Positions 48,478 through 59,354 of a stretch of 64,000 bases of DNA are shown here, piece by piece. This DNA comes from Deferribacterales bacterium (GTDB lineage Bacteria; Chrysiogenota; Deferribacteres; Deferribacterales; Geovibrionaceae): assembly GCA_050253075.1 (NCBI GenBank), contig JBFWJS010000001.1, forward strand, positions 288,001 to 352,000, written 5' to 3'. A model generated the notes under the pieces. That model worked only from the letters and a program-made list of their open reading frames with translations. It was not told the DNA's origin and did not search any database. Made by a program: the position numbers and the translations under genes. Numbering within the stretch: position 1 is the stretch's first letter; the number at the start of each line of letters is the position of its first letter.

Positions 48478-49998
48478 ATGAACCAGCAGAAACTGATACT
48501 GCTGATACTCGACGGATGGGGTATCAGAAAAGATAAAGACAACAATGCCATAGCCATCAGCGGTGCGCCGAACTTCTATAAACTGCTGAACGGATCCCCA
48601 CATACAAAGCTGAATGCGAGCGAGGAAGAGGTCGGTCTGCCTAAGGGTCAGATGGGCAACTCTGAGGTCGGACATACAAACATCGGCGCAGGACGCATCG
48701 TCTATCAGGACTTTCTGAAGATCACCAAATCCATCGAATCAGGCGACATTGAAAACAACGAGAACGTTAATAACTTCTTCAAAGATATACTCGACGACAA
48801 CGGCGACCTGCACTTCTTCGGTCTTTTATCCGACGGAGGCGTACACAGCCACATAAACCATCTGAAAGGTCTCATCGCATACGCTAAAAAAGCAGGCATA
48901 AACAATGCATACGTACATGCATTCATGGACGGACGGGACACACCGCCCAAAAGCGGTAAAGGATACATGGAAGAGCTCGTTAAATTCATGGACGAGATAG
49001 GCTACGGACAGGTGGCAACCGTCGCAGGACGCTACTACCCCATGGACAGAGACAAGAGATGGGAGCGCACAAAGCTCGGCTACGACGCGGTGCGCAAAGG
49101 CGAAGGGCTGTCTTCCAAATCAGCCATAGACGCCGTACAGGAAGGCTATGACAGAGGCGAAACAGACGAGTTCATCAAGCCCACCGTCATCGAAGGCGTA
49201 AACGGAAACGTGAAAGACAAAGACGGCGTATTCTTCTTCAACTTCCGAGCCGACCGTGCGAGGCAGCTCACCAGAGCATTCATCATGCCCGAGTTCGACG
49301 GATTCGACAGAGGCGCAATGCCCGAAGTGCATTTCCTCACCATGACATTCTACGAAGGTGATTTCACATCTGCCATAGCTTTCGAGCCGCAGGTGCTGAA
49401 AAACATACTGGGCGAAGTCCTCAGCAGAAACGGACTGAAACAGCTCCGCATAGCAGAGACAGAGAAGTACGCCCACGTCACATACTTCTTTAACGGAGGC
49501 GAGGAAAAGGTCTTCGAAGGTGAAAGCCGTGTACTGGTGGAATCTCCGAAAGATGTGGCGACATACGACGAAAAACCTTCCATGAGCATATATACCGTAG
49601 CTGAGAAGTTCGCCGATGAGATAGGCAATGTGGATGTTGCTATAATGAACTTCGCAAACCCCGACATGGTAGGCCACACAGGCATACTGGACGCAGCAGT
49701 GAACGCATGCAAGGCTGTGGACGAATGCCTCGGCAAGGTCGTGGAGCTGGCGGATAAACATAATGCGGTACTCTGTGTGACAGCCGACCACGGGAACGCC
49801 GAGCAGATGTGGGACTATGTGAATGATCAGCCGCACACTGCGCACACGCTGAACCCTGTGCCATTCATAGTGTATAACTGTGACTGTGAGCTAACAGATA
49901 AAACAGGCAAGCTGGCGGACATTGCACCGACGATACTCGAGCTCCTCGGCATAGAACAGCCTGCGGAGATGAACGGAACGAGCCTGCTGAAAAAATAA
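48478..49998 (+). CDS. gpmI: 2,3-bisphosphoglycerate-independent phosphoglycerate mutase
   Basis: ILDGWG, GQMGNSEVGH, SDGGVHSH, DGRDT, FNFRADRAR, AETEKYAHVT, NPDMVGHTG, TADHGNAE. Confidence 0.97.
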   Translation: MNQQKLILLILDGWGIRKDKDNNAIAISGAPNFYKLLNGSPHTKLNASEEEVGLPKGQMGNSEVGHTNIGAGRIVYQDFLKITKSIESGDIENNENVNNFFKDILDDNGDLHFFGLLSDGGVHSHINHLKGLIAYAKKAGINNAYVHAFMDGRDTPPKSGKGYMEELVKFMDEIGYGQVATVAGRYYPMDRDKRWERTKLGYDAVRKGEGLSSKSAIDAVQEGYDRGETDEFIKPTVIEGVNGNVKDKDGVFFFNFRADRARQLTRAFIMPEFDGFDRGAMPEVHFLTMTFYEGDFTSAIAFEPQVLKNILGEVLSRNGLKQLRIAETEKYAHVTYFFNGGEEKVFEGESRVLVESPKDVATYDEKPSMSIYTVAEKFADEIGNVDVAIMNFANPDMVGHTGILDAAVNACKAVDECLGKVVELADKHNAVLCVTADHGNAEQMWDYVNDQPHTAHTLNPVPFIVYNCDCELTDKTGKLADIAPTILELLGIEQPAEMNGTSLLKK

Positions 49999-49999
49999 T

Positions 50000-50659
50000 A
50001 TGCTCGAAGAGATATTCTACCGAACATGCATCGGATGCGGATTTCGCTCAGAGAACGGAATGCCCGTCTGCTCCGACTGTCTGGAAACACTGGAAGAATA
50101 TCCACACGAGTGCGAAAGCTGCGGTTATCCCTCGAACGTGCCTGCGAAGGTGTGCGGGATGTGCCGTTTCGCCGTATACAGAGACAGGATAAAGATAGCC
50201 TATAAATACAAGGGTCCCCTGAGGCAGCTTATCAAACAGATAAAGTTTGCCTATCGGATCACAGGCATAGATGTGCTGAAAGAGATGGTGAATGCCGAGG
50301 ATCTGGCAGGGTATGATATCATCACGGACGTGCCCTCTCATTTTTCCCGAAAGGTGCGCAGACTCACCCATCCGGCAGAACACATTGCAAAGCAGATTTC
50401 ACATTTGACAAATATTAAATACATAAAAATATTGACACGAACACGCAGAACGGAATATCAATATAAATTAAAGAAAAGACAAAGAGCCGTAAACGTGAAG
50501 AACGCATTTATTTGCCCGGTAAATGTGAGAGGTTTGAAAATCCTCTTAGTGGATGATATAATCACTACAGGCTCAACAACCGAAGAGTGCTCCCGTATAC
50601 TCAAGATGTCAGGAGCGTCCCGTGTGGACGTATACGCACTGGCAAGCGGTAAAGCATAA
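50000..50659 (+). CDS. comF: ComF family protein (double zinc ribbon plus PRTase domain)
   Basis: Four CxxC pairs; ILLVDDIITTGST. Confidence 0.9.
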   Translation: MLEEIFYRTCIGCGFRSENGMPVCSDCLETLEEYPHECESCGYPSNVPAKVCGMCRFAVYRDRIKIAYKYKGPLRQLIKQIKFAYRITGIDVLKEMVNAEDLAGYDIITDVPSHFSRKVRRLTHPAEHIAKQISHLTNIKYIKILTRTRRTEYQYKLKKRQRAVNVKNAFICPVNVRGLKILLVDDIITTGSTTEECSRILKMSGASRVDVYALASGKA

Positions 50660-50683
50660 GGTAATTTAATTGAGGCGCTTATT

Positions 50684-51892
50684 ATGAATATTATCGAAAG
50701 AATCGCTCCGCTCTTTGCAGAGTGCAACTTTCCTGTCTACATCTATTTGTCTGAAAGCGGGGAGTTCTACCAGCTTTTGGCCGATAAGCCTGAGCCCAAA
50801 CCCATGCCCGCAAATATGAAAGAACATTTATTGAACGACAGCGTTTACTATCAGTCGTTTAAAAAGGGCGACACATTCATGTATTTTTACTTTCTCCGTC
50901 TGAAATTGGGCGGTGAAAAGTTTGTCATAATGCTGAACTCCGACAAAGAGAGACAACACCTGAATTCCGTGGCGGATTCTATGTATACTCAGCTTCAGGA
51001 GCTCCAGCAGACCATGCAGGAGGAGCTGGACGAAGCGAACGAATCTGTCCAGATACTGCGTAAATCCAGACAGAAAATGCTGAAACTGGTGGACGGTCTC
51101 GTCATGCCTCTGTTCAGCATCACCCCTGAATATAACGTCCTCAACGTGAACAAAGAGCTGGCCGACCTGATAGGCATCTCACACATACCGTCCATACTGA
51201 ATAAGAAGTGCTACGAGGTCATCCACGGGCGTACCGAGCCTTGCGAATTCCGTCGGATGACAGAGATCATAAACGGCGAGGAGACCAGCGGACAAACCAT
51301 AGAACTGGACTACAACGGAAAGCATTTTATATTCGAGCACCACATGTTCCCCATCTATGCCCAGACAGGCGAGATGGACGAGGTGGGCGAGTTCATGATA
51401 GACGTAACAGAAAACTATAAAAATCTCGAACACATCGAAAAATATAAAGAAAAGATGATAAGCATCCAAAAGGCCGAGGTTGATAAGATCAATGAAATAG
51501 GCGAACTGAAAAAAGCCTATAAAGAACTCAGCAAAAACTATGACGACATGTTCACAAAGAATAAGAAGATGAGCCAGGCCTTAGAAAGGCTGATGGCCGA
51601 CAACAACGTGAATGAGCTCGTAAAGCTGCGTCAGGATGCCAGAGATGCAAAAAATAAGCTGGTGCGCTCTGCCACCGCCCTGAAAAACTTCCAGCATGCC
51701 CTTGAGCTTCAGCAGGAAAAGTATACGGAACTCAGCAAAAAGACCATCTATCAGATGGAAAGGCTGATAAACACCGTAAACAAAAAAAGCATGGTCACCG
51801 ACAACGATGTCAAGATCATACTAAAAACTGTCACTGAAGATGTTAAGGAGCTTCGTAAACAACTGAAAGTCACACCTCCGCCGGAAGAGTGA
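50684..51892 (+). CDS. PAS-domain and coiled-coil protein with no recognisable output domain
   Basis: LVDGLVMPLFSITPEYNVLNVN...KKCYEVIHGRTEPC...DVTE PAS domain flanked by long heptad helices. Confidence 0.75.
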   Translation: MNIIERIAPLFAECNFPVYIYLSESGEFYQLLADKPEPKPMPANMKEHLLNDSVYYQSFKKGDTFMYFYFLRLKLGGEKFVIMLNSDKERQHLNSVADSMYTQLQELQQTMQEELDEANESVQILRKSRQKMLKLVDGLVMPLFSITPEYNVLNVNKELADLIGISHIPSILNKKCYEVIHGRTEPCEFRRMTEIINGEETSGQTIELDYNGKHFIFEHHMFPIYAQTGEMDEVGEFMIDVTENYKNLEHIEKYKEKMISIQKAEVDKINEIGELKKAYKELSKNYDDMFTKNKKMSQALERLMADNNVNELVKLRQDARDAKNKLVRSATALKNFQHALELQQEKYTELSKKTIYQMERLINTVNKKSMVTDNDVKIILKTVTEDVKELRKQLKVTPPPEE

Positions 51893-51943
51893 CAAATAAT
51901 TAATAGAAACAGACTGAATTCCCCGTTATAATAAGAGCACTGA

Positions 51944-52966
<1,023 letters not shown>

Positions 52967-52970
52967 TACA

Positions 52971-54137
52971 ATGGCGAAAAGTATCAAAGATCTGAACATC
53001 AAGGGCAAAAGGCTCTTTATCCGTGTCGATTTCAACGTGCCTGTGAAGGACGGCGTTGTGAAGGACGACACACGTATCGTAGAAGCGCTCAAGACTATAC
53101 GCTATGCGAAAAACGAGGGTGCGAAGGTTATCCTTGCTTCCCATCTGGGCAGACCGAAAGGAGAAAGAGTGCCCGAAATGAGCCTCGAACCTGTTGCGAA
53201 ATACATCAGCGACAAGTTCTTCCCCTGTGCATTCGCAAGCGACTGTATAGGCAGTGAAGTTAAGGCGGCTATAGACGCTCTTTCAGGCGGCGACGTTATC
53301 CTTCTGGAAAACCTGAGATATCACAAAGGCGAGGAGAAGAACTTCCCTGAATTTGCATCCGAGCTGGCATCGCTGGCTGATGTTTATGTAAACGACGCTT
53401 TCGGCACATGCCACAGAAAGCACGCATCCACATACGGCATGGCGGAGCTTATGGATGAAAAGGCTGCGGGATTCCTCGTGGAGAAAGAGATTAAATACTT
53501 CGAAGGACTTCTGAAGAACCCTGCCCGTCCGTTCGGCGCTATCGTCGGCGGTGCTAAGGTCTCTGATAAAATTGGCGTCATAAAATCACTTATGGAGCTC
53601 GCCGATAAGATTTTCATCGGCGGAGCAATGGCATACACTTTCCTCAAACACGACGGACACACCATCGGAACTTCACTAGTGGAAGACGACCAGATGGACA
53701 TAGTGACAGAAGTGTACGCAACAGCGAAGCGCAAGAATGTTCAGATATTCCTGCCGGTCGACCATACTATCTCTATAGAGTTCAACGGCGCACCCCTTGA
53801 GTGCGGCGAAAAGGACATCCCTGAGGGATTCATGGGGCTGGATATCGGGCCTATGACCATAGACCTTTATGTGGACGAGCTGAATAAATGCAAAACAGTC
53901 CTCTGGAACGGGCCTATGGGCGTTTTCGAAAACCCTGACTATTCAAAGGGTACATTCGCAGTGGCGAATGCGCTCGGCTCAGGTGATGCCACTGTCGTGG
54001 TCGGCGGAGGCGATTCTGTCGCTGCCGTTAATCAGGCAGGCGTCGCAGACAGCATAGACCATATCTCAACAGGCGGCGGAGCATCCCTCGAGTACATCGA
54101 GTTTGGTCAGCTCCCGGGCATAGAGATACTCGGATAA
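52971..54137 (+). CDS. pgk: phosphoglycerate kinase
   Basis: RVDFNVP, SHLGRP, LLENLR, NDAFG, GGAKVSDK, WNGPMGVFE, STGGGASLE. Confidence 0.98.
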   Translation: MAKSIKDLNIKGKRLFIRVDFNVPVKDGVVKDDTRIVEALKTIRYAKNEGAKVILASHLGRPKGERVPEMSLEPVAKYISDKFFPCAFASDCIGSEVKAAIDALSGGDVILLENLRYHKGEEKNFPEFASELASLADVYVNDAFGTCHRKHASTYGMAELMDEKAAGFLVEKEIKYFEGLLKNPARPFGAIVGGAKVSDKIGVIKSLMELADKIFIGGAMAYTFLKHDGHTIGTSLVEDDQMDIVTEVYATAKRKNVQIFLPVDHTISIEFNGAPLECGEKDIPEGFMGLDIGPMTIDLYVDELNKCKTVLWNGPMGVFENPDYSKGTFAVANALGSGDATVVVGGGDSVAAVNQAGVADSIDHISTGGGASLEYIEFGQLPGIEILG

Positions 54138-54147
54138 ATAAATAATA

Positions 54148-54186
54148 AGCCGGCGGCTGAGAATATCAGTCTGCCGGTTTTTTTTT
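54148..54186 (+). terminator. rho-independent terminator after pgk
   Basis: AGCCGGCGGCTGA/TCAGTCTGCCGGTT stem followed by T9. Confidence 0.85.
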
Positions 54187-54589
54187 GGAGCTTGCCATTA
54201 ATAAAGTAGACGTTGTGGCTGCCGTCCTGCGTAAAGACGGCAAATTCTTTCTGGCTCAGCGTGCGGAGACTATGCATCTGGGCGGTCAGTGGGAATTCCC
54301 CGGGGGGAAGCTCGAAGAGGGTGAAACCCACGAAGAAGCGCTGAAAAGAGAGATAATGGAAGAGCTGTGCATAGAGATAAAGGTGGGAGAGCTCATGGGC
54401 GAAGCGGTGCATGAATATCCCGAACGCAACAGAATAGTCCACCTGTATTTCTATGCGGCAGAGCACACAGACGGTGTGATAACACTGGTGGAGCATCAGC
54501 AGATGAAATGGCTGGAAAAGAATGAGCTCAAAACCGTAGATATAGCAGAAGCAGACAGAGCGTTCATAGAGTTCCTGATAGTTAATTAG
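54185..54589 (+). CDS. MutT/NudG-like (d)NTP pyrophosphohydrolase; start uncertain
   Basis: VVAAVL, LAQR, WEFPGGKLEEGET...LKREIMEEL, LVEH. Confidence 0.88.
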   Translation: MELAINKVDVVAAVLRKDGKFFLAQRAETMHLGGQWEFPGGKLEEGETHEEALKREIMEELCIEIKVGELMGEAVHEYPERNRIVHLYFYAAEHTDGVITLVEHQQMKWLEKNELKTVDIAEADRAFIEFLIVN

Positions 54590-54649
54590 CTTTACAATTT
54601 ATACCGAATTGGTGTATTGATAATAAAATACTACTCAAAATGGTAACCA

Positions 54650-56503
54650 ATGGCCCATATTAAAAAACCGGGTATCAACAAGATACTGCTGAGAACCTTA
54701 TTATTGTTTTCCCCTTTCTTTATACTTTCAGTAGTCACTCTCCTATTCTTTCTGTCCATATACATAAAGCTGGATATGCAGAATATATCCAGATCCCAGA
54801 AGCTGATACTGGAACTGCAGAAGAAGAAGATGGGGAACAGCTTTAACGAAATATTCGCAGATATAAAATTCCTAGCCGATACGGACATAGTAAAGAACTA
54901 CTGCTCCGGCGCACACGACCATAAGAGTGAGCTGCAGGAACTGCTCTATTACTTCATCAAAAACAAAAGGGTCTACGACCAGATACGCATACTGGATGCC
55001 GAAGGGATGGAAGCCGTACGCCTGAACTATAACAACGGATACCCCGAATATGCCCATGAAGACAGACTTCAGGATAAATCCGACAGATACTATTTCCAAA
55101 GTGCTAAAGATCTTTCCCCGAATACTGTATATATATCTCCCATCGACCTTAATCAGGAATTCGGTCATATAGAACTGCCTGAGAAGCCTATGATACGCTT
55201 TGTGCTCCCCCTGCGGAACGCAAACGGTGCAAATACAAGCTATCTCGTCTTTAACTACAATGCAAAGCAGCTGCTCGACGGCATAAGAGACCACGAGTCG
55301 ATATCCTATGGTCTGATAATGCTGCTGAATAAGGAATCCCAGTGGCTCGTCTCCAGCGACAGATCACATGAGATGGCCTTCGTCAAAGGCGACACCACAG
55401 GCTTTAAAGACAAATATCCGGAGATATGGCAGCAGATGTACCTCACAGAACAGGGGAACCTGTCTAACCCCGACGGATACTTTTACTACACGACGCTGCG
55501 CCCCGTGCCCACACTCGCCAGTGAAAATTCAGACACGATAGACCTCACGCTCTCCACAGAGCTGAAATATAAACCCGCCAGCTACGAATGGAAGCTGGTC
55601 ACATATGTGCCTCAGTATTACCTGGAGCTGCGATACGATCAGGTGTCAAACTTCGCATACATCGTATTCGCAATGGTAAACTTCGCATTCCTCACTGCGT
55701 CATTCGCAATCGCATTTATAAGGATAAATGCACGCTATAAAGACGCCGTTTATAAAAACATGCTGGAAGAATATGTCGAAGAGCTTAAGCGTAAGCGAGG
55801 CGAACTGCAGAAACAGGTAACAGAGACTCAGGAGCTTGTACACATCCTCTGTCACGACCTTGTGAACCCTATCGGATGCGCCACAGGCATGCTCGAGATA
55901 TATTATAACGAGCCCGAAGAGGAATACAGAACAATAGTAGATGAATCACTCGAACAGGCTATGGATATAGTGAACCTCGTGCGCACCATGCGTGCCATCG
56001 AAAGCGGAAAGAAGCAGTTTACCCTTGAGCCCGTGAACCTGCACAATGCTATGAAAAAGTCTAAAATGCTTCTTAATCAACGATTTATAGACAAAGACAT
56101 TAAGCTGAATGTTGATGTGGATGAAAGCCTGAATGTAATGGCCGACCCTGCATCGCTCATAAACTCTGTCATAAACAACCTGCTGACAAACGCTCTGAAG
56201 TTTTCTTACAGCGGAAGCAGCATAGACGTCTCCGCAGAAAAACATGGGGACAAGGTCATCATGACCGTGCGTGACTACGGCAAAGGCATGCCCGACATCA
56301 TCGCCGAAAACATCTTTAACCCCGTAAAACCTACTAACAGGCAGGGAACAGACGGAGAAACAGGGACGGGCTTTGGTCTGCCTCTGGTCTATAAATTTGT
56401 GAATGTATACGGTGGAACTATCCGTGTGGAATCCGTGGAGCAGAAGGATGACTCTGTGAACCACGGCACAGCCATGATACTCACATTCAATTCTGCCGAC
56501 TGA
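54650..56503 (+). CDS. membrane sensor histidine kinase with Cache-like periplasmic domain
   Basis: Two TM helices around YDQIRILD/DKSDRYYF/SPIDLN; LCHDLVNP H-box, NLLTNALKFS, DYGKG, GTGFGL. Confidence 0.92.
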   Translation: MAHIKKPGINKILLRTLLLFSPFFILSVVTLLFFLSIYIKLDMQNISRSQKLILELQKKKMGNSFNEIFADIKFLADTDIVKNYCSGAHDHKSELQELLYYFIKNKRVYDQIRILDAEGMEAVRLNYNNGYPEYAHEDRLQDKSDRYYFQSAKDLSPNTVYISPIDLNQEFGHIELPEKPMIRFVLPLRNANGANTSYLVFNYNAKQLLDGIRDHESISYGLIMLLNKESQWLVSSDRSHEMAFVKGDTTGFKDKYPEIWQQMYLTEQGNLSNPDGYFYYTTLRPVPTLASENSDTIDLTLSTELKYKPASYEWKLVTYVPQYYLELRYDQVSNFAYIVFAMVNFAFLTASFAIAFIRINARYKDAVYKNMLEEYVEELKRKRGELQKQVTETQELVHILCHDLVNPIGCATGMLEIYYNEPEEEYRTIVDESLEQAMDIVNLVRTMRAIESGKKQFTLEPVNLHNAMKKSKMLLNQRFIDKDIKLNVDVDESLNVMADPASLINSVINNLLTNALKFSYSGSSIDVSAEKHGDKVIMTVRDYGKGMPDIIAENIFNPVKPTNRQGTDGETGTGFGLPLVYKFVNVYGGTIRVESVEQKDDSVNHGTAMILTFNSAD

Positions 56504-56505
56504 TA

Positions 56506-59214
56506 TTAATCTGCTTTATTTATCTGAAGAGTAATGGTGAATACGGCGTGACCGTCGTCATTGCCTGCGGATATCTTCCCTTCCATGTGCTCTTCCACTA
56601 TGTTTCTGCATATGTAGAGACCTATTCCTGAGCCGTCGCTCCCTTTTGTGGTCACATACGGCTCGAATATCTTCTCAGGGAGCAGTTCGGGTTTTATCCC
56701 GCCGCCGTTATCGATGAAAATTATTCTGCCTTCTGCGCCGTCATTTTCAAATCTTATTACGATGGACTTATCTTCTATATCATCCCTGCTGCCGAGTGCG
56801 TCATTGGCATTATTAAGGATGTTCAGGCATACCTGCTTGAATTCATTCTTAAGGTTATAAACAGAAAAATCGTTATCCGACCCTTCGAGTTTAAAAGAGA
56901 CTCTGTTCTTCATAAAGTTTTTGTCAATGAGGGTGTGTACCTCTTCGATAACATCCTTCACGCTGAACTGCGATCTATGCTTGCTCTGTTTATAATATCC
57001 TGCGAAGTCGGATATTGTCTGCGCCAGGAAGGTATTGTTCTGTATCAGTATTTCAAGGTCGTTCAGAACTTCTTCGGGGTTACATTCGCCTTCCTGTATG
57101 TCGTCTCTGATGGTCTGCGCAACCAGAGATATGACATTCAGCGGCTGTTTCCACTGATGGATGATGATGTTGATAAGTGCGCCTATCTCCGCCATGCGTG
57201 CCTGCTTGTTGATGATCTCGAGCACTCGTTCACGCTCTTCGTTCTGTTTCAGCTCTTCCGTGATATCGTCTATGACCACCAGCACGGATATCACATCGCC
57301 TTTGTAGTCCAGCACGGGTATCCTGCTGGTTCTGGCTGTATATGTCAGCCCCTGCATAGGTTTGTATTCGGTCACGACATTCTTTATAGGCATCTTGCTG
57401 CGGACGACTTCTCTGTCCTGCTCATAGTAGGCGTCGCTAAGGTAGAGCTCGTTGACGGTCCTGCCTATCAGCAGGTCTTTATCGCTGTGTAGTGAATCTG
57501 CCGCTTTTTCATTCAGAGTGATTACCCTGTCTTTGGTATCCTTCAATATAATGGACAGAGGTATGCTGTCTAGGATCTGTTCGATGTCTCTCTTCTGGTC
57601 TCTCAGCTCGGCAAACATGTCGTGGAGCTGTTCTGCCATTTCATGAAAGTTTTCCTGTATCTCTACGGCCTCTTTGATATAAGATTTCGGCCATCTGAGA
57701 GTATCCCCTGCATTGATCTTCATCGGCAGGTCTTTCGTGCGCTCTGCTATCACCTTCAGCTGTTTTGTGATCCTCAGACTGAGCAGATAAGCAAATATTA
57801 CGGCGATCAGTATCATAGTAAACACTATAAAGAGGGCACGCCTGGCGGATGTGTGCATATAACTCACCAGATTGTCCAGAGGCAGGTCTGTCACCAGCCT
57901 GAAGCCTGTCATGGTGTCTATATCCACGCTCTTGGTATAAAGAGAGTTATTCCACCTCATCATAACAGAGAGGTTCGCCTTTGGAGGCGGTGCGTATTGG
58001 TATATACCGTTGACCGTCATCTTTGTCATTGAGCCGGATATGTTTCTGTCAATCCACTGCTCGCCGGATTTCATCTTATCCGATGTGCTGAAAATGACGT
58101 TTCCGTTTCTGTCCAGTAGTGTTAGAAGTATCTTTGATTCGCCTGTCATGCGTGACAGCATTCTGCTGATGTATTCAAAGTCTATTGCGACTCTTATATA
58201 GTTCAGCACTTTACCCGTGCCGTCCTTTACGCTGCTGAGTATGAAGATGACGGTTCTTTCCCCGCCGTTTTCCTCAAAGACTTTAACAGGGGAAACATAA
58301 GGATCACTCCCTGTCCACTCGCCAAAGCTCATCCCCTGATCGATGATATCCTTTCTGGCATCCATCTTTTCAGGGTCGCTGCAGAGTATTACATTCAGGT
58401 CTTTATCAAGTAGTGCGATGTTTTCAATATATTCATGCACAGTTTTAAACTGTTTATATTCTTCCACCAGTCTGAATGGTTCGTCGCTTATGATGTAGTG
58501 ATTGTTTGTAAGCCCTTTGATCAGCTCCATCTGCCAGATGTTGTCTTGTATGAACTCCTCGATGCTGATGCTGACAGATCTGGATGTCTGGTTCAGCCCT
58601 CTGAACATCCCTTCGGATACATATCTCTTATTAGTAGATATACTGGTCATGATGTATACCATCATAGGAACAAGGAAGACGACCAGCACTGTCTGGAATA
58701 TCATGTGCTGATACGATATATGCATTTCGACTTTGCGTATTTTGATCTTATAAAGTCTGTAAAGGTCATAGAGCACGGCAGCAGCAAGGGCTGAGATAAC
58801 GCCGTTCACCGTCTGCTTCATCATGATGAGCAGAGTGGAATCGAGCTTCATACCCATTACCAGATGGTATGTGACAAATATTATAGGTATACCGCCGACT
58901 ATCCAGTATGCGAGGTCTGTGGCGACCGTATTTTTTATCCTAGCTCTGAAATGTGCGACAAAGGCGGTTTCTGCCGTATAAATGATAATTGCGTATGGGT
59001 GGTTCCAGAGAACATATGTATATGTGCCGGCGATAAATCCGACGATGATGCCGTAGTATCCGTATATGCGCACCGCAAGGATTGCGAAGATACTGCCGAA
59101 GATGATATCTACGTTAAAGAAAAGCTCATACTTTAATGAGTTCCCGTAAAACCCCAATACTGACAACAGTATGAGAAAAACGATGGAACCGGGTTTCAGT
59201 TTTGTTTCCGTCAT
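56506..59214 (-). CDS. multi-TM sensor histidine kinase with Cache and PAS domains
   Basis: 5-6 N-terminal TM helices, periplasmic Cache-like region, PAS (ILDSIPLSIILKD...DITE), IIHQWKQPLN, DNGGG, FEPYVTTK, GSGIGL. Confidence 0.92.
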   Translation of the reverse strand: MTETKLKPGSIVFLILLSVLGFYGNSLKYELFFNVDIIFGSIFAILAVRIYGYYGIIVGFIAGTYTYVLWNHPYAIIIYTAETAFVAHFRARIKNTVATDLAYWIVGGIPIIFVTYHLVMGMKLDSTLLIMMKQTVNGVISALAAAVLYDLYRLYKIKIRKVEMHISYQHMIFQTVLVVFLVPMMVYIMTSISTNKRYVSEGMFRGLNQTSRSVSISIEEFIQDNIWQMELIKGLTNNHYIISDEPFRLVEEYKQFKTVHEYIENIALLDKDLNVILCSDPEKMDARKDIIDQGMSFGEWTGSDPYVSPVKVFEENGGERTVIFILSSVKDGTGKVLNYIRVAIDFEYISRMLSRMTGESKILLTLLDRNGNVIFSTSDKMKSGEQWIDRNISGSMTKMTVNGIYQYAPPPKANLSVMMRWNNSLYTKSVDIDTMTGFRLVTDLPLDNLVSYMHTSARRALFIVFTMILIAVIFAYLLSLRITKQLKVIAERTKDLPMKINAGDTLRWPKSYIKEAVEIQENFHEMAEQLHDMFAELRDQKRDIEQILDSIPLSIILKDTKDRVITLNEKAADSLHSDKDLLIGRTVNELYLSDAYYEQDREVVRSKMPIKNVVTEYKPMQGLTYTARTSRIPVLDYKGDVISVLVVIDDITEELKQNEERERVLEIINKQARMAEIGALINIIIHQWKQPLNVISLVAQTIRDDIQEGECNPEEVLNDLEILIQNNTFLAQTISDFAGYYKQSKHRSQFSVKDVIEEVHTLIDKNFMKNRVSFKLEGSDNDFSVYNLKNEFKQVCLNILNNANDALGSRDDIEDKSIVIRFENDGAEGRIIFIDNGGGIKPELLPEKIFEPYVTTKGSDGSGIGLYICRNIVEEHMEGKISAGNDDGHAVFTITLQINKAD

Positions 59215-59354
59215 ATCAAAATAAAGCCCTAAAATAGCCCGCCTATTGCTTATATTACTACAAAATCTACGGGACTATACAATACACAGGAACGTTTGTA
59301 TATAGAATAATTGTTATTTTAAATTGTTTGTAATTGACTAATAGTTATAAATAA

